Shown here one piece after another: positions 8,751-16,785 of a DNA stretch of 64,000 nucleotides (positions are counted from its first letter, which is position 1; every line of letters starts with the position of its first letter). The position numbers and the translations under genes were made by a program. Source of the DNA: Myxococcota bacterium (GTDB taxonomy: Bacteria; Myxococcota_A; Polyangia; Palsa-1104; JAEUJZ01); NCBI GenBank assembly GCA_025057315.1, contig JANWXW010000057.1, positions 33,250 through 97,249 on the forward strand, given 5' to 3'. A model generated the notes under the pieces. The model did no database searches. It was not told the DNA's origin and saw only the letters and a program-made list of their open reading frames with translations.

Positions 8751-9067
8751 CAGGGGGAGCCAGCCGGCACGAGGTCGGGCATGCGGGGCAGGGTGGGCAA
8801 CCCGGGTCCTGCCTGTGGGCGGAGGCCAACGCGCTGGCGCCCGGCCCCGGTGCCGCGGGCCCGCTGTGGGAACGCGATGCAGCGGCACCTGCTGGGGCAG
8901 GATGGGAGCTCCCCTTGGACGCCCGTGCGCAGGGGGCCCGCCCCGCTGGCTGGGCTGTGGCATGCCCTTGACAGGGACGGCCGGAGGGGCTATGTATGGC
9001 CGTCCGTTGTAAGCAGCACGCAAACAGGCAGGGCGCGGCCCGGGCAGGTCCGCAGCAGCCCACATGC

Positions 9068-9151
9068 GCGAAGGTGGCGGAACTGGTAGACGCACTAGCT
9101 TGAGGTGCTAGCGGGAGCAATCTCATGGGGGTTCGAGTCCCCCCCTTCGCA
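9068..9151 (+). tRNA. tRNA-Leu (anticodon GAG), class II with long variable arm
   Basis: Acceptor GCGAAGG/CCTTCGC (7 perfect bp). D arm GCG-GAACTGGTAGA-CGC. Anticodon stem CTAGC/GCTAG with loop TTGAGGT (GAG at 9102-9104). 15-nt variable arm. T arm GGGGG-TTCGAGT-CCCCC. Discriminator A. CCA is not fully encoded (CCG follows). Confidence 0.9.
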
Positions 9152-9242
9152 CCGACGCGGGTTCGTGTAAGCGGGGTCTGTCCCCTGGGCCCCCCCAGAG
9201 GGCTGATTTTTCGGCATCCGCATTGGCAGGCGGCTATACTGG

Positions 9243-9869
9243 ATGGCCGTGCGACTCCCTCCCACGCCGCGAGCGCCCCGGCTGGATCGCTCGCAGGTCG
9301 TTGTGTTGTTCTATGGTGCCTTGACGGTGGTGGCGGTGATGTGGGCGGCCCTGCGCGGCCAGCCCAACATCCTCATCTATGGAGGCCGCGCACCGCATCG
9401 CATCCTGCACTTTGTCAGCAGCCTGGCCATCGGCACGGCCGTGGGGCTGTTGCTGGTGCTGCTCACGCGCATCTTGCAGGACCGGTATGCGTGGGCCCGG
9501 GTGCTGCACAATGAGTTTCGGGAGCTATTGGGGCCGCTGGACCAGCGCGAGATCCTGCTGCTGGCAGCGGCCTCGGCCATCGGGGAGGAGTGCTTCTTCC
9601 GGGGGGCGTTGCTACCGCAGCTGGCCAGCCTGCTGCCCGGCCTGGTCGGGGTGGTCTTTGGCGTGGTGGGCTCCTCGGCGCTCTTTGCGCTGCTGCACAT
9701 TGGCCCCGGTGCGCGCTTTTTGCCCTGGACCCTGTCCTCCCTGGGGGTCGGGGTCCTGTTGGGCACGCTGTACGTTGGCATCGGCGATCTGGTCGCCCCG
9801 ATTGCGATTCACTTTACGATCAACCTGCTCAACCTGCAGGACATCGTGCGGAGGCAGATGCCGGCGTGA
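9243..9869 (+). CDS. CPBP-family intramembrane glutamic endopeptidase (CAAX protease-like)
   Basis: Multi-TM protein with SAIGEECFFRGALLP (EExxxR), SSALFALLHIG (FxxxH) and APIAIHFTINLL (HxxxN). Confidence 0.85.
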   Translation: MAVRLPPTPRAPRLDRSQVVVLFYGALTVVAVMWAALRGQPNILIYGGRAPHRILHFVSSLAIGTAVGLLLVLLTRILQDRYAWARVLHNEFRELLGPLDQREILLLAAASAIGEECFFRGALLPQLASLLPGLVGVVFGVVGSSALFALLHIGPGARFLPWTLSSLGVGVLLGTLYVGIGDLVAPIAIHFTINLLNLQDIVRRQMPA

Positions 9870-11482
9870 GGACCTGGGAGCGGGCGTTGCTCCTGCTGCT
9901 GGCCGCAGGGGGGGCGGCGCGTGCAGATGAGCTCTCCGGTGCCGACAAGCTTCGCGTCCTCTACTCGTCTCAGTTCGCCTGGACGCGGCAGGGGCTGCCC
10001 CTGGTGACGGTGCGGATCGCCGAGGGGCTCAAGGAGGTCCGCGTGCGCGGTGCGCTGCGCGTGCTGCCCGATGGGGAGATGGGCGCCGAGGTGAGCGGAG
10101 GGCAGGACTGGACCGTGCGGCTGGTGGGGGAGTCCGAGCCGGCCCGCCAACGCTACCATGTGGTGGTGGCGCGGGCGCCGGTGGCTGAGGCGCACAGGCT
10201 GCAGGAGGAGGCCAGCACCTGGCGCCAGCGGGGGTTTCAGCCGCGCATGCTGGAGGTGGGGGCGGTCTTTGGCATCCGCGGCGAGGTCATCGACATGCGA
10301 CATCTGCTGCTGACCGTGGCCCCGCAGGCCGATGAGGCGGCAGCCAGGCAGAAGGCCCAGGAGCTGAGCGAGCGCTATCAGGTTGCGGCCAGCGTTCACC
10401 TGGAGCCCATGGCGCGTCCCCAGGGTGTCGTCCAGGCGCGGGACGAACGCGGCACGCTGGTGCGCAACAGCGGCGTGCTGTGGTTTGCTCCCCTGGAGGG
10501 CACCCTGCGCGTCGACCCGCCCGGGCGGAGCTACTGGGGCCAAATCTACGTGGCGTTGGACCGATCGGGCGCGCTGGCCGTCGTCAACGCGGTGCCCGAG
10601 GACCGGCTGCTGATGGGGCTGCTGCCGGCGGAGATGAGCCCCCAGGCGCCGCTGGAGGCGCTCAAGGCCCAGGCCGTTGCCGCGCGCAACCAACTGCTGG
10701 CCAAAATTGGCATCCGCCACATGGGCGACCCCTACCGGCTCTGCGCCGACACCCACTGCCAGGTCTATGCTGGGGCTGGGCAGGAGAGGCCGCGCACCAC
10801 GCAGGCCGTGGAGCAGACCCGCGGTGAGCTGCTGGTGGCAGGCCCAGCGGCGGCCGAGACGCTGGTGGACACGGTCTACAGCGCCTCCTGCGGTGGCCAC
10901 ACCGAGGACAACGACCTGGCCTGGGGCACGCGTCCGGACCCGATGCTGCGCGGTCGGCTGGACCTGCCCGCCGCCGAGGTCGGCCGTCTGACGCGCTTTG
11001 CCGGGCGCATTGGCGAAGCCGAGGTGGGCGACTTCCTGCGCTGGGACGCGCAGCCGCGGCCGCTGTGCGCGCGGACCCGCTCGGGGCAGGCCTACTACCG
11101 CTGGACCGTCCGCGTCAAGGCAGAGACCATCCTGGAGCGGGCCGGCCCTGGGCTAGGTTCCCTGCGCGATGTCTCGGTGCTGCAGCGCGGCGTCTCGGGC
11201 CGGGCGGTGCTGCTGCGCCTGCAGGGCTCGACGGGCAGCCGCCAGGTGCAGGGGGAGCTGGAGATCCGCCGGGTGCTCGGGGGGCTGCGCAGCGCGCTCT
11301 TTGTTCTGCTGCCGCAGCGCCGCGGCCAGGACGTAGAGGCCATCGAGGTGCAGGGAGGCGGCTTCGGGCATGGCGTGGGGCTGTGCCAGCAGGGCGCCAT
11401 GGCCCTGGCGGAAGAGGGGCGGACCTACCGCGAGATCCTGGAGCACTACTATCCGGGTGGGCGGCTGCGGCGGCTCTACTAG
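9866..11482 (+). CDS. SpoIID/LytB-domain protein (secreted peptidoglycan-remodelling factor)
   Basis: In-frame GTG at 9866 overlaps the CPBP stop (GTGA) and gives the signal peptide VRTWERALLLLLAAGGAARA. Motifs YSASCGGHTEDN and GGGFGHGVGLCQQGA. The listed start at 9590 overlaps the CPBP gene. Confidence 0.85.
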   Translation: MRTWERALLLLLAAGGAARADELSGADKLRVLYSSQFAWTRQGLPLVTVRIAEGLKEVRVRGALRVLPDGEMGAEVSGGQDWTVRLVGESEPARQRYHVVVARAPVAEAHRLQEEASTWRQRGFQPRMLEVGAVFGIRGEVIDMRHLLLTVAPQADEAAARQKAQELSERYQVAASVHLEPMARPQGVVQARDERGTLVRNSGVLWFAPLEGTLRVDPPGRSYWGQIYVALDRSGALAVVNAVPEDRLLMGLLPAEMSPQAPLEALKAQAVAARNQLLAKIGIRHMGDPYRLCADTHCQVYAGAGQERPRTTQAVEQTRGELLVAGPAAAETLVDTVYSASCGGHTEDNDLAWGTRPDPMLRGRLDLPAAEVGRLTRFAGRIGEAEVGDFLRWDAQPRPLCARTRSGQAYYRWTVRVKAETILERAGPGLGSLRDVSVLQRGVSGRAVLLRLQGSTGSRQVQGELEIRRVLGGLRSALFVLLPQRRGQDVEAIEVQGGGFGHGVGLCQQGAMALAEEGRTYREILEHYYPGGRLRRLY

Positions 11483-11534
11483 AGCGGCCGGGGCCTGATC
11501 CGCGGATGGAGGGCCTGGGGCCCGGCGGGGTTCG

Positions 11535-12140
11535 TCAGGGGCGGTTCACGGCGAGCCCGTCGTGCAGGGTCCGCCCTAGACCCAGGCCGGGCTGCGCCTG
11601 CACCGGGGGCAGGCGGATGACCAGGCGCTCTTTGCGCAGGACGAGCCCCAGGGCGACCAGGGTCGCACCCGCTGCCTGCGCGAGCCCATCCAGGACCAAG
11701 AAGGCGCTCACGGCATCGCTGGGCGAGGCCTGCTGGCGCTGGTATGCGAGGAGAAACCATGGCCCGAGCAGGGGCAGCCAGTGCGTCCAGGTGGTGGTCA
11801 GCTCCTGCGCCAGCAGCCGCTCGGCGGCCCAGACGCTGGTCGTAAGACCCGCACCGCCGACGACAAACTCCAGGCGCTGGCGGCGGATGCGCTGCGGCGC
11901 AGGCAGGGGCTCCAGCTGGCGTCGTGGCGGCTCGACCACCGGCTCTGGGACCACGAGCGGCGCGGGCACTTCCAGCGGGCGGGGCGTCGGGGGAGCCGCG
12001 GCGGGCTGGTCCTGCCCGTGCGCTGGCTGGCTGAGGGCCAGCAGGGTCAGCGCCAGGACCAGGGGACGGAGGCAAGCCACGGAGATGGGGTACCACGGAC
12101 CCAGGGTCCCGTCCAGGCGGTGCAGCAGCGTCCCGCTCAC
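11535..12140 (-). CDS. Hypothetical membrane/secreted protein
   Basis: 201 aa, signal-like LRPLVLALTLLALSQPAHG, Pro-rich linker, C-terminal hydrophobic segments. The start overlaps the argB stop (12137-12140), implying co-transcription. Confidence 0.5.
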   Translation of the reverse strand: MSGTLLHRLDGTLGPWYPISVACLRPLVLALTLLALSQPAHGQDQPAAAPPTPRPLEVPAPLVVPEPVVEPPRRQLEPLPAPQRIRRQRLEFVVGGAGLTTSVWAAERLLAQELTTTWTHWLPLLGPWFLLAYQRQQASPSDAVSAFLVLDGLAQAAGATLVALGLVLRKERLVIRLPPVQAQPGLGLGRTLHDGLAVNRP

Positions 12141-12904
12141 GGGGTGAGCCGCGTCGTGTTGTCACCCAGGTCGGTGGTGAGGAGGACCTCCCGCACACCT
12201 TGGGCGAGCGCCCGGCACGCCTCCTCCAGCTTGGCCAGCATGCCGCCCTGCACCGCGCCGCTGTGCAGCAGCTCCTGCGCCTGCTGCGCCTGCAGGTGGG
12301 GGATGCGGCTGTGGGGGTCGGTCCGGTCTGCGAGCAGCGGCAGGTCGCTGACCAGCACCAGCTGGTCGGCCTGCAGCGCCTCGGCCAGCGCACAGGCGAC
12401 GGTGTCGGCGTTGATGTTGTAGAGCGCATCCGGGCCCACGCCCAGACAAGCCAGCACCGGCACGCGTCCGTCCTGCCACAGCAGGTGCAGCAGGCGCATG
12501 TCGAAGCCCACCACGTCGCCGACCAGACCGAGGTCCAGCGGCTCGTCTCCGGCACCGGGGTAGACCCGCGGGGGCCGCCGGCGTGCCAGCACGGCCCCAT
12601 GCAGGCCCACCGGCTGGAGGCCCGCCCGGCGCAGGGCTGCGCACAGGTCCACGTTGACCTGGCCGACCACGGCCATCTTCATCGCCTCCAGGGTCGCCTC
12701 ATCGGTGAAGCGCCGCCCAGCGATCTGCCGGACGGGAATCTGGAGGCGCTGCTGCAGGGCCGACAGCTGGGGCCCGCCGCCGTGCACCAGGACGAGGCGC
12801 CTGCCCTCGCGCTGCAGGCGGACCAGGCCGGCTGCCACCGTGGTCATCTGGGGCGAGGCGACGACCTCGCCGCCGACCTTGAGCACCACGACCGCTGGGC
12901 TCAT
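12137..12904 (-). CDS. argB: Acetylglutamate kinase
   Basis: VVLKVGGEVV, LVLVHGGGPQ, NINADTVACALA, GGMLAKLEEA. The start overlaps the argC stop. Confidence 0.92.
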   Translation of the reverse strand: MSPAVVVLKVGGEVVASPQMTTVAAGLVRLQREGRRLVLVHGGGPQLSALQQRLQIPVRQIAGRRFTDEATLEAMKMAVVGQVNVDLCAALRRAGLQPVGLHGAVLARRRPPRVYPGAGDEPLDLGLVGDVVGFDMRLLHLLWQDGRVPVLACLGVGPDALYNINADTVACALAEALQADQLVLVSDLPLLADRTDPHSRIPHLQAQQAQELLHSGAVQGGMLAKLEEACRALAQGVREVLLTTDLGDNTTRLTP

Positions 12905-13962
12905 GGCCAGCCTCCTGGGTCCTCCAGGGTCAGGGTTTCCGGCAGGCCAAGCATGAGGTTCATGTTCTGGATGCCCTGGCCCGCGCCGCCCTTGATGAGG
13001 TTGTCCAGGGCGGCGAAGCAGACCACCGTACGTCGACCGCCCTCGACCTCGCCCACCTGCACGCCCACTTCGGCGTAGTTGGAGCCTGCCACGGCTGCCA
13101 CCTCGGGCAGGCGTCGTTCGGGCACGCGCACAAAGGGCTCGTCGGCGTAGGCGGCACGGTACATCTCGTCGATGGAGGCAGGCGACAGGAGCGCGGCAGG
13201 CAGGCTGACAAAGCAGGTGGCGAAGAGGCCCCGCGACAAGGGGGCTGACACGGGCACGAAGCGCAGCTGGGGGGCGCCGCCGGCATCCTCCAGCAGTTGG
13301 AGGATCTCTGGGACATGCTGGTGGGACAGGGGCTTGTAGGTGCGCAGGTTGACAGACCGCGTCGGGTGGTGGGTGGCTGGCGTCGGCACCACGCCGGACC
13401 CTGAGGAGCCCGTGATGCCCACCACCTGCACCTCGGCCCCCCGCAGCAGGCCTGCGCGGGCCAGGGGCAGCAGGGCCAGTTCCACGGTGGTGGCGAAGCA
13501 GCCCGGCGAGGCCACGCGCCGGGCTGTCCGGATGCGCTCGCGGTGCTGCTCAGGGAGGCCGTAGACGAAGCTGCCGAGCAGGGCCGGCGCGGGGTGCTCC
13601 CCCCCATAGGCGGCCGCGTACGCGGCGGCGTCCCGTAGGCGAAAGTCGCCCGACAGATCGACCACGCGCACGCCTTCATCCAGCAGCGAAGGCACCTGCT
13701 GTGCGCTGACCCTGTGGGGCAGGCCGAGCAGGACCACGTCCATGCCGCGCGCCGCCTCGGCCGGCGTCAGCTGTTCGAACACCAGGCCGCGGGCCGCGGG
13801 CAAGCCCTCCAGGTTGGGATGGGCTGCGGAGAGCGGCTCACCGATGTAGTCCACGGAGCAGACGCGGCACAGCTCTACCTCTGGGTGGAGGAGCAGGCGG
13901 CGAATCATCTCTCCTCCACCGTACCCACTGCCGCCCAGGACGGCGGCCTTGTATCGCTTCAT
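12901..13962 (-). CDS. argC: N-acetyl-gamma-glutamyl-phosphate reductase
   Basis: Internal Met at 13962: MKRYKAAVLGGSGYGGGEMIRRL (Rossmann fold). Active-site region VASPGCFATT. C-terminal DNLIKGGAGQGIQNMN. The listed 62-aa N-terminal extension runs into the AT-rich promoter region. Confidence 0.92.
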   Translation of the reverse strand: MKRYKAAVLGGSGYGGGEMIRRLLLHPEVELCRVCSVDYIGEPLSAAHPNLEGLPAARGLVFEQLTPAEAARGMDVVLLGLPHRVSAQQVPSLLDEGVRVVDLSGDFRLRDAAAYAAAYGGEHPAPALLGSFVYGLPEQHRERIRTARRVASPGCFATTVELALLPLARAGLLRGAEVQVVGITGSSGSGVVPTPATHHPTRSVNLRTYKPLSHQHVPEILQLLEDAGGAPQLRFVPVSAPLSRGLFATCFVSLPAALLSPASIDEMYRAAYADEPFVRVPERRLPEVAAVAGSNYAEVGVQVGEVEGGRRTVVCFAALDNLIKGGAGQGIQNMNLMLGLPETLTLEDPGGWP

Positions 13963-14133
13963 TGCTTCTTTCCTGTAGCTGGTGTGTGCTTCTGGGTCAA
14001 GCAGCTCCAGGCCCTGCGAGCGGAGCGATCGGTAGCGCAATGGGACGGAATATAAAATACAAGATGGGTCATCTATGATGGGGTGATGAATACTCGATGA
14101 TGTAGGCCGGAACACTGCGCAGACATGCCGTGC

Positions 14134-14154
14134 GCAATCTTGAAACAAGATTGC
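14134..14154. promoter_or_regulatory. Perfect 9-bp inverted repeat GCAATCTTG-AAA-CAAGATTGC in the AT-rich argC / HTH-gene divergent region (candidate operator)
   Basis: Read directly at 14134-14142 and 14146-14154. Located ~100 nt upstream of the HTH-fusion ATG (14253) and ~175 nt upstream of the argC start. Confidence 0.45.
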
Positions 14155-14210
14155 AATGAGTGCTCAGTTTGCAACAATTTCCGACGGAAAATTTTTTTTC
14201 GCGCGTGCAT

Positions 14211-14244
14211 TTTGGCTATTGCGCTGCAAAAGATTTGGCTATTG
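14211..14244 (+). promoter_or_regulatory. Direct repeat TTTGGCTATTG x2 (spacing 23 bp) immediately upstream of the HTH-fusion start codon
   Basis: 11-nt identical copies at 14211-14221 and 14234-14244. The ATG is at 14253. Confidence 0.4.
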
Positions 14245-14252
14245 TCCAGCGC

Positions 14253-15539
14253 ATGACACGACTCCACGCGCGAATCCGTGAAGATCAAGAAACGCCTGGG
14301 CTGCTGCAGAAGCTGGGTCAGGTCATTCGTGAGCGCCGCGAGCAGGCAGGCCTGAGTCGGGCCGCGCTGGCTCTGCGCGCTGGGCTGTCAGAGAGCACGC
14401 TGAAGAACCTGGAGGCGGGCAGACACCAACCCACCCGCACCACGCTCATGCAGCTGTGCTCCATTCACGAGCTGAAGCTCAACATGTCCGACCTGCTGCC
14501 GCTCTCGGCAGCGGAATCGGAGGCCGGGCCGCCGCTGAACTGCTGGCTGGCTCCTGGCTTCGATCCCATCGCCATGGCGCAGGACCTGACCACCCGTCTG
14601 TCAGGACGTGGTGGGCACATTGAGCAGACATTCCTCTATCTGGACACCAAGAGCGCTGCCTGCTGGTGTGCCATCGTCAACCACGTGGAGCACCTGCACG
14701 GGCTGCGTGAGTCGCTGCCGTTACGAGATGTGGCAAGCAAGATCCACGAGTGCGTGGGCAGTGCTGGGCTGGACCTCATCGGGCTTGGCTGCGGCGACGG
14801 TCGCGAGGAGGTTCGTCTGGCGCAGTTTCTGCTGCAGCAGGCAGAACCCCATGACTTGAGACTTTATCTGCTTGATATCAGCCAGCCACTGCTGGGCTTT
14901 GCCTACAAGCATGCTGCCGACACCTTGGCTGACCGACGGGGCGTGGCGGTCTTTGCCATCCAGGGCGATTTCCATCGCTTGCCGTGCTATACGCAGCTTC
15001 TCTATACGCCTCAGCGGGCACACCGGCGCCGCATCGTGTGCATGTTTGGCGGTACGTTTGGCAACCTCGAGAACGAGATCCGCTTCCTGCGCAACAGCCT
15101 GGTCGGGTTTGCTCCGGGCGACCTCTTGCTGCTGCACGTAAGCTTGGTGCATGCTCCGGCAGATCGGCCGCACGAGATCATGCAGCGCGACCCGCGCCTG
15201 TCAGGCCGCATTCCGCCTGATCTGGCGCAGCGCGAGCGAGAGTGGCTCATCGGTCCCATCGAGCGCTATGCCCGCCCAGCGGGCGCACCGCTGTGCGAGC
15301 AGGTGATTCACTGCGCGCTGGACACCACGTCCTGCACCCTGCCGGGGAGCTACGCCGTCGAGACCATCATCACCGTCAAGTCCGCTGATGGGGAAGTACG
15401 ACGGTTCTCCATGGAATACATCAAGCGCTACGATCCGCATGAGCTGAGCAACGCCCTCCGCCAGCTCGGCTGGGAACCGATAGCCGCGTGGACCGCCGGG
15501 ACGCCCTACCTGCTGGGGCTGTTCCGCTGGCAGGGCTGA
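14253..15539 (+). CDS. Fusion protein: N-terminal XRE-family HTH plus C-terminal EgtD-like (histidine-specific SAM-methyltransferase fold) domain
   Basis: HTH: LGQVIRERREQAGLSRAALALRAGLSESTLKNLEAGRHQPTRTTLMQL. The C-terminal ~320 aa are colinear with EgtD landmarks: FLYLDTKSAACW, DLIGLGCGDGREEVRL, LYLLDIS, VFAIQGDFHRL, RRIVCMFGGTFGNLENE, GDLLLLHVSL, YIKRYDPHELSNALRQLGWEP, YLLGLFRWQ. Start moved to the Met at 14253. Confidence 0.8.
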   Translation: MTRLHARIREDQETPGLLQKLGQVIRERREQAGLSRAALALRAGLSESTLKNLEAGRHQPTRTTLMQLCSIHELKLNMSDLLPLSAAESEAGPPLNCWLAPGFDPIAMAQDLTTRLSGRGGHIEQTFLYLDTKSAACWCAIVNHVEHLHGLRESLPLRDVASKIHECVGSAGLDLIGLGCGDGREEVRLAQFLLQQAEPHDLRLYLLDISQPLLGFAYKHAADTLADRRGVAVFAIQGDFHRLPCYTQLLYTPQRAHRRRIVCMFGGTFGNLENEIRFLRNSLVGFAPGDLLLLHVSLVHAPADRPHEIMQRDPRLSGRIPPDLAQREREWLIGPIERYARPAGAPLCEQVIHCALDTTSCTLPGSYAVETIITVKSADGEVRRFSMEYIKRYDPHELSNALRQLGWEPIAAWTAGTPYLLGLFRWQG

Positions 15540-15554
15540 CTTCCCGGCGGGGAT

Positions 15555-15962
15555 TCAGGCACGAGCATTGCCCCGGTCTGTCCATTCGTCCTCACGGCGA
15601 GGCCGCGTTGCGACGATCGGCCGGTGCTGCCGTCGGAGGCTGCTAAGGAGCGCCAGGAGCTCCTCGAGCCGCCCTTCTGACAGATAACCCCTCCGCAGCG
15701 CCTCGTAGAGCAGCCAGCGCAGCTCGTGCTCGCCGCGCTGAAGATCCCGTGCGGCGGCGTCGCTCCGGAGGGGATCCCAACTGCGGCGTTCGGCCAGCCA
15801 GATGGTCATGGCCACGCGGCGGATCTTTTCCGCCAGCGCGACGTCATCAACCATGATCTCGGTGACCAACGCTAGCACGTGCATTATAAGCTGCTGCGGG
15901 GGCGGGCCAGGGATGCCGTCTGCCAGGGCCGTCAGCGGGGGGACCTGCATCGTCTTCTCCAC
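15555..15962 (-). CDS. Hypothetical helical protein (135 aa)
   Basis: GTG start at 15962, preceded by AAGGAGG with 6-nt spacing on the minus strand. Helix-rich, Arg/Leu-rich sequence. Convergent with the HTH fusion (15-nt gap). Confidence 0.55.
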   Translation of the reverse strand: MEKTMQVPPLTALADGIPGPPPQQLIMHVLALVTEIMVDDVALAEKIRRVAMTIWLAERRSWDPLRSDAAARDLQRGEHELRWLLYEALRRGYLSEGRLEELLALLSSLRRQHRPIVATRPRREDEWTDRGNARA

Positions 15963-16244
15963 GGTCGTCCTCCTTCACCAGGCGTCGTAGAACGTAGAGA
16001 GCTCCGAAGCTGGTTCTCCTTGTGCCTCAGCCGGCAGTGGCAGCGCCACGGCAAAAACCAGCCAGCGGCAGACAGGGCCCCCCCCTCTTTGGATAGAGAC
16101 TTTGCCCTCTTGGGGCAACATCAGACAATGTGATCATAGTCATTATTGCCCCACTTTGACCAAAAAAATCCATTTTATTCGTATGTAAAGTTACAATTTT
16201 CTCATTTTCATCCTATAAGACACAAATTTTTGTACAGGGCAATG

Positions 16245-16276
16245 GGTCAACAGATTGACCAAACAGATGGTTTGGT
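16245..16276. promoter_or_regulatory. Two overlapping perfect palindromes in an AT-rich tract: GGTCAA-CAGA-TTGACC and ACCAAAC-AGATG-GTTTGGT
   Basis: Read at 16245-16260 and 16258-16276. TTGACCAAA also occurs at ~16157. The tract 16130-16300 is far more AT-rich than its surroundings. Confidence 0.4.
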
Positions 16277-16503
16277 TGTCCGAAGTGGTGTATTTCCCTT
16301 GTCTAGAAGCCGGGCGAGCTGCTCCCGATTGGCACCGAGCGCAGGCCCGCGCGGGCACCTCTGACACCGCGGGCGCTCCCCCGGCCAGAGGCCTGTCTGC
16401 GGGTGGCCTGACCTCACCCAGGAGCTCGCTGCTTGTGGCCCACACCTCCCTCAGCGGCGGGCAGAGGTTGACACGGCAAGCAGCCGGACCCATGTTGACT
16501 TGT

Positions 16504-16740
16504 ATGCCGATCTACGAATACCGCTGTGAGTGTGGCGCCGTTCTCGAGGTCCTGGACCGGCTGGGGACCAAGCGAGACGTGTGCGGCGAGCTGTGCGTGC
16601 GGTCCGAGGAACGCGGCCAGGGCCGACTCGAACGATGGCTGTCTGCGCCCGGCATCCGGGGCGATGGCCGGGAAGCGGCAGAGCCGACCTTCGATCCGGT
16701 GCGTCGCGCGCGGCGCCCGGGGTGCGACGACGAATGCTAG
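16504..16740 (+). CDS. FmdB-family zinc-ribbon protein
   Basis: Internal Met at 16504: MPIYEYRCECGAVLEV...VCGELC (two Cys pairs), 78 aa. Confidence 0.75.
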   Translation: MPIYEYRCECGAVLEVLDRLGTKRDVCGELCVRSEERGQGRLERWLSAPGIRGDGREAAEPTFDPVRRARRPGCDDEC

Positions 16741-16785
16741 GGTTCCCGGCCCCTTCTGCATCCGGGTGGGCCACGATGCAACGTC

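Noticed and set aside
7490-9126. ORFs 7490..8971 (+), 8496..9089 (+), 8341..9126 (-) and 8544..9095 (-), which span the G-rich repeat and run into the tRNA
   Set aside because: They are kept open only by the 21-nt periodic G-rich repeat. One overlaps the tRNA-Leu gene, and 7490..8971 is out of frame inside the well-supported MBOAT gene.
9068-9151. tRNA-Leu as the attachment site of an integrated element
   Set aside because: There is no integrase, excisionase, transposase or phage-like gene on either side. The flanking genes (MBOAT operon, CPBP, SpoIID-like, arg genes) look like core functions. I did not find an obvious duplicated tRNA 3' segment by eye, but I could not search exhaustively.
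14060-14110. Possible ARG box (ArgR operator) upstream of argC around GATGAATACTCGATGATG
   Set aside because: Only one TGAAT half-site is recognisable, and no matching ATTCA partner sits at the right spacing. This is not enough to call.
16146-16364. 72-aa ORF inside the AT-rich tract (MPHFDQKNPFYSYVKLQF...)
   Set aside because: It starts at a non-ATG codon with no SD. Its composition flips from AT-rich to Arg/Ser/Pro-rich junk mid-ORF, so it more likely reflects promoter or leader DNA.
16468-16503. Sigma-70-like promoter TTGACA-N17-CATGTT directly upstream of the FmdB-like ATG
   Set aside because: The -35 box is perfect, but the -10 hexamer is poor and lies only ~10 nt from the start codon, leaving no room for a leader or SD. 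It is probably a chance match.
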